Part shown: in pieces, positions 49,272 to 56,566 of the stretch
Position numbering within the stretch: the stretch's first letter is position 1
Layout: each line of letters opens with the position of its first letter
NCBI GenBank assembly: GCA_021781965.1
Contig: JAJXVU010000001.1
Span: forward strand, 15,000 to 78,999
Length of the DNA: 64,000 nt
Reading direction: 5' to 3'
Source: Pseudomonadota bacterium
GTDB taxonomy: Bacteria; Pseudomonadota; Gammaproteobacteria; UBA1113
Translations under genes and position numbers: made by a program
The notes under the pieces: generated by a model
Told to the model about the DNA's origin: nothing
The model's input: the letters and a program-made list of their open reading frames with translations, nothing else
Database searches by the model: none

Positions 49272-50306
49272 ATGACGAAAGAAATAAACATACCGAACAA
49301 AATCCTAAATAAAAATGAACGAACAGACGATCTTGATTTAGACGATACCTTTTCTATGGGATACCTTTGTCTTAGATTGATATTACAATTGGATAAGAAA
49401 ATATCGGATATTCAATCGGCAATTGCCATTTGCAAAAATAATATAAGCATTTGCGATCTGGATATTCGTGAGTGGAATAGCCATATGCAAAAAGAAAAGG
49501 CAATTAAAGAGGAGGTGTCAGCTTTATGCCAGGAATTTTTGAGGATAACCGACGGCCGAAAGCTTGGCCATTATTTCCCTCAAACACCACGCGAAATTGA
49601 AATAAAAAATCGTTTTGTTAGGCCTGAAGATAAATTTAGGCTTTTACCTGGTGACTACCCTTTTCCAGATGTGCTTGAAGAAAACACCATTTACCTGCAA
49701 GTGAATTTAGAAAAGGGTGTCTTGGTTTGTAAGCTATATAACCATCAAAATAAAGTAGTAACGGCGGATGTAGCATTAAATGGTTTATGGTGTATTGGTA
49801 AGAACTGCGCCGCGAATAGTTGGCATCAGGCTTTAACAGAGCTATTTTTGCGTAATTCGCCGGAATTTCGCATTAATTTATTGGAAAACCTGGCAAAAAA
49901 AGAATGTATTCCTGACCCCTATGCAAAAAAATGGCAATTGTTTCAAAAAAGAATAGTAGAACTTGAAGGATCGATAAGGGAGACTCAATCGCTGATAAAC
50001 GCAAAAGAGACTATAAAAAAAGAGAATATGGCCCAAAAAGAAAAATATGAGGCAGAGGTTGCGGCAACGCAGCAGCAACTGATTGCCATTCAAGAATTGC
50101 TTCAACCTAATTTACCCCATCAAACTTCGGCAAGCCAACCCTGGGTAGGAGTCGCCTTAAAGAAACAAGATTATCAGCTCCAGGTTATACCGACGCCAGT
50201 TCTTTCTAACCTTTTTGCAAGAAGGCGGGGGGGCCATGACGAGCGTGATGAACAACAATCTGATGCGGATAATAAATATGTTTTTCGTCAGGTTAGAAAA
50301 TCTTAA
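49272..50306 (+). CDS. Coiled-coil hypothetical protein; candidate effector
   Basis: 344 aa, two coiled-coil stretches, acidic block near the C-terminus. Confidence 0.65.
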   Translation: MTKEINIPNKILNKNERTDDLDLDDTFSMGYLCLRLILQLDKKISDIQSAIAICKNNISICDLDIREWNSHMQKEKAIKEEVSALCQEFLRITDGRKLGHYFPQTPREIEIKNRFVRPEDKFRLLPGDYPFPDVLEENTIYLQVNLEKGVLVCKLYNHQNKVVTADVALNGLWCIGKNCAANSWHQALTELFLRNSPEFRINLLENLAKKECIPDPYAKKWQLFQKRIVELEGSIRETQSLINAKETIKKENMAQKEKYEAEVAATQQQLIAIQELLQPNLPHQTSASQPWVGVALKKQDYQLQVIPTPVLSNLFARRRGGHDERDEQQSDADNKYVFRQVRKS

Positions 50307-50405
50307 TCCGCGGCGTCAAGTTTAAAAAATAGTCGATTCAGCATGCTACCTATATCTACAGGCAAAACCTATTGCAGAATAATCTGCCATGAGCACCGAT
50401 CCAGC

Positions 50406-50428
50406 GTAGGGGCGCCTCGTGAGGCGCC
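50406..50428 (+). repeat. GTAG-type REP
   Basis: GTAGGGGCGCCTCGTGAGGCGCC. Confidence 0.6.
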
Positions 50429-50674
50429 GAGGTTCGGGGTTTTGAATAACGTGATGTAAAATAAGAGAGATTTGTAATTCTTTCATCTAAAAGGCGCGTT
50501 TTTTAGGCGTATCTCGTCTGTAGCATGGAGCTATCGCAGGCCGACTCCGAATTTCTCGGGTCGGCCACCCATTTTAATAAAGCGTAGTTTCTTATGGTTT
50601 TTTACAGCGGTAAAACTTTACCTGATTGGCATGGCATTCATATCTACTCTTCTCGTGACTTGGAATTGGCTTTC

Positions 50675-52117
50675 TTAACGCTGTAACCACAACAAATCCG
50701 CAATATCAATAATGCGATAAAAATATCCGTCTGTCTCAACCGATGCCGCAACACCGCCTATATGAAATAAGATAGGAACAGCTGCATAACCTCTAGGAAT
50801 TTTAAGAGCTTTTATCTTTTCTTGCATCTCCTGCATCATCTCTATTCCTAATTCTTTACGCGTGAATTTAAATTCACAGATATACAAATTTTTTGTTGCA
50901 GTTTGTACCAGATAATCAATTTGACAACCTTTTGCAGTGGTTGTTTTCGATTGCCTGTAAGGACCATCCGCAACCACATCCGCGGCGAAGATACCTATAG
51001 ATTCTAACAGTAAAGGGCGATTTTGCAGCAAGAGATATTCGAGTTGTAACCCCATATGGGCGTCAAATCCTGGAAGCTGAGACAAAGGCAAGTTATCAAA
51101 GGCACCAAGTTCAATTTTAGCTTTATGGGTCTCAATGACTTTTAAGTAAAAACGCATATAAGGGTCATAAATGCGATATAAACTTTGCTTCAAAGTTTTA
51201 GTCGTTTTAAAAGACCATAAGCTTTGCTTATACACAAATCCTGCGATAATAAGATGTTCCATCATCTGACTCAACGTACCACTTTGTACAAAATCAATAT
51301 CGTGTCGAATTTCGGCTAATGTTTTCATGCCATCTTTAAGTGAATTCAGGATCCTTTTATACACAGCACCTTTGCCATTAAAGAGATCATGAAAAATGCG
51401 GTCAAACTCTAAAACTAAAAGACCTTCTTTTTCAAAACACAATTGTTTGATGATGTTATCGGCGGTTATACCAGCACTTACTTGTTCTAAATACCAAGGG
51501 ATACCACCCAGTATACCTAGAAGCTTATAGATATCATAAGTTGACCCTTGAAAACCGATGGTTTTTAATAAAGAAGCACTTTCAGGAATAGATAGGGGCA
51601 TCAGTGTTAATGTCAACGCCACTCGTCCGAAAAAAGCCGTGCTGTTCAAGATGTTTTCTTCGATCCAGGTAGAGACTGAACCGCAAAATACAAGAATAAT
51701 AGAGATAGATTGTTTATCCCACCATGCTTTAAGCTTAGGGATAAAACTGGGATCTTTAGCTCCCATCCAAGAAATTTCATCCAAAAGAATAATGTCGCCT
51801 TCTCGTACATGTAGTGACAGATGTTCGAAAGCATCGCTCCAATCTTGAAAACTAAGCGGTGGTAGTTTTAGCAAAGAAGCCAGTTGTCTTGCAAAATGAT
51901 CGCGTTGGCTTTGTGCGGTCATTTCCTCTAGAGGAGCAAGGCCCGCAAAACTCCACAAGGTATGTTGCGGGGTTTGAGCCGCGAATTCCGCAATTAAGCG
52001 GCTCTTTCCAATCCTCCTACGACCTTTAACTACAACCAGGCTAGGGGCTGTTTTGCGATGTAAGGCATGGAGTTTTTCCAGTTCTAATTTGCGGCCAATA
52101 AAGGGTTTTAATATCAT
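50675..52117 (-). CDS. AAA ATPase (archaeal ATPase_2 type) with C-terminal PD-(D/E)XK-like domain
   Basis: FIGRKLEL, GRRRIGKS, LLDEISW, GGIPWYL, QIDYL..ICEFK. Confidence 0.85.
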   Translation of the reverse strand: MILKPFIGRKLELEKLHALHRKTAPSLVVVKGRRRIGKSRLIAEFAAQTPQHTLWSFAGLAPLEEMTAQSQRDHFARQLASLLKLPPLSFQDWSDAFEHLSLHVREGDIILLDEISWMGAKDPSFIPKLKAWWDKQSISIILVFCGSVSTWIEENILNSTAFFGRVALTLTLMPLSIPESASLLKTIGFQGSTYDIYKLLGILGGIPWYLEQVSAGITADNIIKQLCFEKEGLLVLEFDRIFHDLFNGKGAVYKRILNSLKDGMKTLAEIRHDIDFVQSGTLSQMMEHLIIAGFVYKQSLWSFKTTKTLKQSLYRIYDPYMRFYLKVIETHKAKIELGAFDNLPLSQLPGFDAHMGLQLEYLLLQNRPLLLESIGIFAADVVADGPYRQSKTTTAKGCQIDYLVQTATKNLYICEFKFTRKELGIEMMQEMQEKIKALKIPRGYAAVPILFHIGGVAASVETDGYFYRIIDIADLLWLQR

Positions 52118-52128
52118 GGGATTCTCTT

Positions 52129-52221
52129 TTTATGCTCAAGATCACTATTATTATATAATGAGCATAAAAAAATGTAAATGATTTATGCTCAAAACGAAGA
52201 AATATAGATAATGAGCATTTA
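52129..52221. promoter_or_regulatory. Tandem operator-like inverted repeats upstream of the ATPase
   Basis: TTTATGCTCA-N20-TGAGCATAAA and TTTATGCTCA-N20-TGAGCATTTA, 53 bp apart. Confidence 0.65.
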
Positions 52222-52371
52222 TGTAGCGTAGGCGGCTGTATAATAATGATTTTTTTACAGGGAGTTGCTAAAAAACGAAGACGATAGCGCTGAGTAAAGC
52301 AGTGGCAATGCCTGTTATGAGCATAAATTGAACTCTATTACACTGTAAACGTGTAATGAGTAAGAATTGTC

Positions 52372-53247
52372 CTACTGCGGCTGTCTAACCGCAGGAGTCC
52401 AAGTTTTGCTTTCATTATTCAGTTGCGGTACAGCCGTGATACGCAGTACTGAATCGTTGATAGTTAGATTATCGCCACCGCCAGTAATGCCTAGATTGGC
52501 TTTGGATACAAAGGGTGCACTGATCATCTTTTGGTTGTAGAGTGATCGATACATTGCCATACCGGTATAATCGCGCGTTAAACGGTTTAAATTGTCTATA
52601 AAGATATTATTGGCTTGCGTTAGCCCCTCTTCCCAGCCTTTTTGTACATACAATTTCCATTCAGCCACTTCGGCGGCATTTTTAGGCAATAAGGTTTTAT
52701 CGGGTACATCGGGTTTTTTATAGCTCATGCGTAGATAATCGCGCCAAGTAGGTGGAGCTGTCACAAAATGGGCTTGTGAAACTATAGAGTATGTTCTGTC
52801 TGCTATACGTATGGTGTCAGGATCTTGCAAGTTTAGAGTATTGTCACCTTCGGTGAGTACGGGCGGTAACACATTATGGCTTAACATCATCAGGTTAAAG
52901 TTAAATACTTGGTCCAAATGAGGCGCTTGTGTTTTAAACAATCCATTTAACTCTTGGCTGCGTTTGGCCAAAGCACCTTGTGCGCCTACAGTGAGTGCTG
53001 CTTGGTGCAGAGCAAGTAAACGCATAGAATTAATGCTCTCTGAACCATCGCTTTTTTCCATTTTAACTTGTCTTAAGACACGCAATTGCGCCAGGTCAGA
53101 TGTATCGGCGTGCATGGGATAAACGGTAGTATCGTACTTAGGGGCACAAGCGGATAAAACAGCACCGACTAAGAGCCACAGACAAAGGCTAAACAGATTA
53201 AAAAGTGTTGATTTGGATCGTTTAGTTGTTCGCATAAAGCAGCTCAA
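52372..53247 (-). CDS. dotC: Dot/Icm outer-membrane core lipoprotein DotC
   Basis: Lipobox LSAC; VLPPVL, RIADRTYSIVSQAHFVTAPPTWRDYL. Confidence 0.94.
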   Translation of the reverse strand: MSCFMRTTKRSKSTLFNLFSLCLWLLVGAVLSACAPKYDTTVYPMHADTSDLAQLRVLRQVKMEKSDGSESINSMRLLALHQAALTVGAQGALAKRSQELNGLFKTQAPHLDQVFNFNLMMLSHNVLPPVLTEGDNTLNLQDPDTIRIADRTYSIVSQAHFVTAPPTWRDYLRMSYKKPDVPDKTLLPKNAAEVAEWKLYVQKGWEEGLTQANNIFIDNLNRLTRDYTGMAMYRSLYNQKMISAPFVSKANLGITGGGDNLTINDSVLRITAVPQLNNESKTWTPAVRQPQ

Positions 53248-53710
53248 TCACCTTAGAGCGTGTAAATACTACGATATCGGCCTTGTCACCACATTGATAA
53301 CCTGCATCGCGTAAAATTTGACCTAATGGTATGTCTTTAGCGTTGATGCTCACCAATATGGGAATGGCAGGCTGTACACCCGAGACGCGCAATTTATAAC
53401 CTGCTGCCTTGGCAATCTGTGCAACCAAGGGTTCTATGGGCCCAGACCAATTCATGCTGGTTAAGTTAGACATGCCATAGTCGGAAGGATCAGGTTCTCT
53501 ATATTGCTTGGGTTTTGGATTGGTAGCCTGTTGGTTTTCAGCCAAGCTTTGTAGTGATTTGCTGACGCTGTCAGCCGCTTCAGCCAGTTTTTCTTCCGCA
53601 GGGTCTACATTTGGGCTTTTAGGGATAGTATTGGCATTTTGTGTAGGTAATGAGCAGGCTGTAAGACTAATGCCTACACCAAGTATCAGTAAACCGAGAT
53701 AAATTCGCAT
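53222..53710 (-). CDS. dotD: Dot/Icm outer-membrane lipoprotein DotD
   Basis: Lipobox LTAC; LAEAADSVSKSL, WSGPIEPL, PAIPILVSI. Confidence 0.94.
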   Translation of the reverse strand: MRIYLGLLILGVGISLTACSLPTQNANTIPKSPNVDPAEEKLAEAADSVSKSLQSLAENQQATNPKPKQYREPDPSDYGMSNLTSMNWSGPIEPLVAQIAKAAGYKLRVSGVQPAIPILVSINAKDIPLGQILRDAGYQCGDKADIVVFTRSKVIELLYANN

Positions 53711-53854
53711 ATTGTCTCAACCTTATCAAAGCGCTGTTTAACCATAACCACTTTATCATAATGCCATATGGATGTATACTCAATATAGAGTTTCATAAAA
53801 GTGCAAGAGGCCTAGGAGTAAAATGACAATAAACCAACCGGTCGGATTAAGCTA

Positions 53855-54127
53855 ATGGCGCGTTTAAATGTTCGAGCCCATTGGCGAGATAGTGTGCGCC
53901 CAGCGCGCTTTTTTGTGATTGATGCGCGTTCTGCCTTACCGTGCTTATTATTCTTAATGCACATACGTTGGTGGACCTTTTGGACCTTTTTAATAATAAC
54001 TGTTTTTTTTGCTCTTTTAGAGCGGCTGGGTTTTACGATGGTTGTCTTTGGGCGTATGGCGCGATCTTTATTAGCTGGATCGCGTAAATTGTGTAGACCA
54101 TGGTGGCGAGATGATAAATTAATGTGA
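53855..54127 (+). CDS. icmT: Dot/Icm protein IcmT (TraK family)
   Basis: HWRDSVRPARFFVIDAR..FLMHIRWWTF. Confidence 0.94.
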   Translation: MARLNVRAHWRDSVRPARFFVIDARSALPCLLFLMHIRWWTFWTFLIITVFFALLERLGFTMVVFGRMARSLLAGSRKLCRPWWRDDKLM

Positions 54128-54134
54128 TGGAAAA

Positions 54135-54476
54135 ATGATAGATTTACAGAAAAGATTAGTTGCAGTCATGAAAACCATGGGTTTTGGTTTTACCTTAAAT
54201 GGTCGTGAGCTTATGCCTGAAGAAGTATTTTCTGATGTAGGCATATTTCCGGCTATTGTGCGTCGCGCAGAACAACTGTCATCGTTGTGTTTGGGCTATG
54301 GTTTAGGAGCTTCTTTTGAAGAGCAAGAGGGGACTCTATTGGGCGTGAAGGTGGGTTTTGATGCAGTAACGCCCGATATTTTGCGTATATTATGTATCAC
54401 GGATGTCATGAATGAACTGGCTAAAACAGCACCTAGTAAAACATCGGTGGTATTGGATGAATTGATGTATGATTGA
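54135..54476 (+). CDS. icmS: Dot/Icm adaptor IcmS
   Basis: FTLNG..EEVFSD.G..PAIVRRAEQLSSLCLGYGLG..LDELMYD. Confidence 0.95.
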   Translation: MIDLQKRLVAVMKTMGFGFTLNGRELMPEEVFSDVGIFPAIVRRAEQLSSLCLGYGLGASFEEQEGTLLGVKVGFDAVTPDILRILCITDVMNELAKTAPSKTSVVLDELMYD

Positions 54477-55353
54477 TGAGCATGAAAAGCCACATAAGGG
54501 AATCCACACCACAGGCGCAGCATTGCAAGCCATTAGCCAGTTGTGTAGGCGTTATATTCCTATTTTAGAGAAAATCATTAGCATTAAAAATAAGCCTCTT
54601 GAACAGGGTGAGGTTGCTTTTGGCCGTTCCGGGGTGCAACCACAAAAAACAAGCCTGCAAGAATTAAAAGATGCGGCCAGTGTTTTATTGCAGCATACGG
54701 TAGACATTGGGCATCAACTAGAACAGAAACACGTGACGACTTATGCTGTGACGGGCATGGATGATCCCTATCTTAATTATGTGTTGCTGAACATGGTCAC
54801 GGAAGCGATTACGAAGATGGAAGCCTGTTATGCAGGACAAGCAACCAGTTTTGCCATTTTACTAAATGAGTTAACACGCTTAAGTCACGAATTGCATACA
54901 CAATTGACCTTGAGCCAAGATCCTACGGGTGAAGAAGCAAAAAAGAATGCTAAAGAAAATAGTAAACGACAAAGTATGCCACAAAGACAAGATGAGAAAA
55001 TGGTTTATATACGGGTTTTTCACCGTGATTTACCTAAATTAGGTGAAACAGCCGATGGCATGAATTGTATCCCCATTTTATTAGAGATGGTAAAATTTTG
55101 CGAGAAGAATGGTCTGGCTGTTTATGATGACTGGGGTTTGGCTGAACGCAGTTTACGCAATGACAGTTATGGTTTTTTTAGTGCCTGTATTAATGTGTCA
55201 CAAGATTTAAGCTTATATACGGCCCCTAAACGCGATCGTTATTTGGATTGCACCCTTTTAACCATACAAAAAATTGAATTGTCTCAATTGCGCCAATTTA
55301 AGCATAGAGATAAGGTTTATTGGGTACAAAAAGACAAACTAATTGAGGTATAA
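54469..55353 (+). CDS. icmQ: Divergent IcmQ-like protein with long N-terminal helical extension
   Basis: Position between icmS and icmP; C-terminal ~120 aa resembles the IcmQ C-domain pattern (VYI.VF, VY, IN, LLT.., F.H..VY....LI). Confidence 0.6.
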   Translation: MIDEHEKPHKGIHTTGAALQAISQLCRRYIPILEKIISIKNKPLEQGEVAFGRSGVQPQKTSLQELKDAASVLLQHTVDIGHQLEQKHVTTYAVTGMDDPYLNYVLLNMVTEAITKMEACYAGQATSFAILLNELTRLSHELHTQLTLSQDPTGEEAKKNAKENSKRQSMPQRQDEKMVYIRVFHRDLPKLGETADGMNCIPILLEMVKFCEKNGLAVYDDWGLAERSLRNDSYGFFSACINVSQDLSLYTAPKRDRYLDCTLLTIQKIELSQLRQFKHRDKVYWVQKDKLIEV

Positions 55354-55358
55354 CGACT

Positions 55359-56501
55359 ATGGCACCACCACAAGGCGGACAAGGGCAAGGGCAAGACAAT
55401 GGAATGGATCTCTTGTGGATCATCGTAGCCATTATAATCGGTTGTATATTGGTCTGGTATTTCTTTCATGTTGCAATCGTGGCGGTGATATTACAAATAA
55501 AATTTTGGGAAGCAAGTTTCATAGGCTTATTTACCGTTAAAATAGTACCGCTAAAAAATGCCATCGCATATGCGGCGCCACAAAAGGTCACTTTTGGCCA
55601 ACTGACTGCTGTGGCTGCGGAAGTAGGGCGTTATTTACGTTATCCTTTTGGGGTTATTCTTATTTTATTGGCCATACGGGTTTATCGTGCCAGTGCCGGG
55701 ACACGGTTTTGTTCAATTTTTAATATGAAATCTTTATTAAAGCAAGAATTAGACAATTGGCCTTATGCCAATGTGGTTTTTGGCTTAGATTTAGTTAAGC
55801 AAGATATTCAAAAAGGTCCCTGGGCAATGGCTCTAACGGCTATGCAGTTTTCTAAAAAATATAAGTTGTTAGATGTAGAGAAGAAGCAGATGGGGGCAAC
55901 TGGTTTATCGCGTGAAATGGGTTATGAAGCTAAGGTAAATAAGTATCGTGCGCACAAAATCTTTGTGAAACAATTAGGCGAATTGTGGCGTTCGCCAGAA
56001 GAATTGACGCCACAGCGTCGCGTTTTATTTGTTATTTTTGCGGCTAAAGCAATGGGAGATAGGGATGTGGCCAACAAATTATTGCGACAACTTGCCATTT
56101 CTGCTAGAGATCCCCAGCTTAATTTTACAGGTGCAGACGCGTTATTAACAAAGTACAAAGACAATAAAGTAGTAAAAGAGATTATAGCGCGTCACGCCTT
56201 TGAATATGGCGTATTAGCTGCTATGTTAGAATTGGCACGCAGCGATGGGGTATTGGCATCGGCTGAATTTTTATGGTTAAAACCACGCGATAGAGTCTTG
56301 TGGTATGTATTGAATTCGGTAGGCAGGCAAACGGTGTTTCCAGAAGTAGCTGGGATCTTTGCTCATTTTTATGCGGAAAGAGTTATAGGCTATCGTTTGA
56401 TGTCGCCTATGGTTGAAGAGGCGGTAATCAGTTTAGAAGATGCAATCGATGAATTGGTTTATGTTCCGGATCAAAATAAGGAATTGAACAGTGATCGTTA
56501 G
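55359..56501 (+). CDS. icmP: Dot/Icm coupling-complex protein IcmP/DotM
   Basis: GPWAMALT, ARSDGVLASAEFLWLKPRDR.LWY.LNSVGRQT. Confidence 0.95.
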   Translation: MAPPQGGQGQGQDNGMDLLWIIVAIIIGCILVWYFFHVAIVAVILQIKFWEASFIGLFTVKIVPLKNAIAYAAPQKVTFGQLTAVAAEVGRYLRYPFGVILILLAIRVYRASAGTRFCSIFNMKSLLKQELDNWPYANVVFGLDLVKQDIQKGPWAMALTAMQFSKKYKLLDVEKKQMGATGLSREMGYEAKVNKYRAHKIFVKQLGELWRSPEELTPQRRVLFVIFAAKAMGDRDVANKLLRQLAISARDPQLNFTGADALLTKYKDNKVVKEIIARHAFEYGVLAAMLELARSDGVLASAEFLWLKPRDRVLWYVLNSVGRQTVFPEVAGIFAHFYAERVIGYRLMSPMVEEAVISLEDAIDELVYVPDQNKELNSDR

Positions 56502-56547
56502 GGAGCAGATAACAATAAGGAACCGAGCCGTGACCATTAGGGAGCGG
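56490..56547 (+). repeat. REP-like units between icmP and icmO
   Basis: Degenerate GATCGTTAGGGAGCAG over the icmP stop; CCGAGCCGTGACCATTAGGGAGCGG at 56523-56547. Confidence 0.75.
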
Positions 56548-56566
56548 ATAGCTTTAGGAGTAAATT

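Noticed and set aside
50675-52117. ATPase downstream of dotC as DotB
   Set aside because: Lacks PilT/DotB motifs; has the GRRRIGKS ATPase_2-type layout
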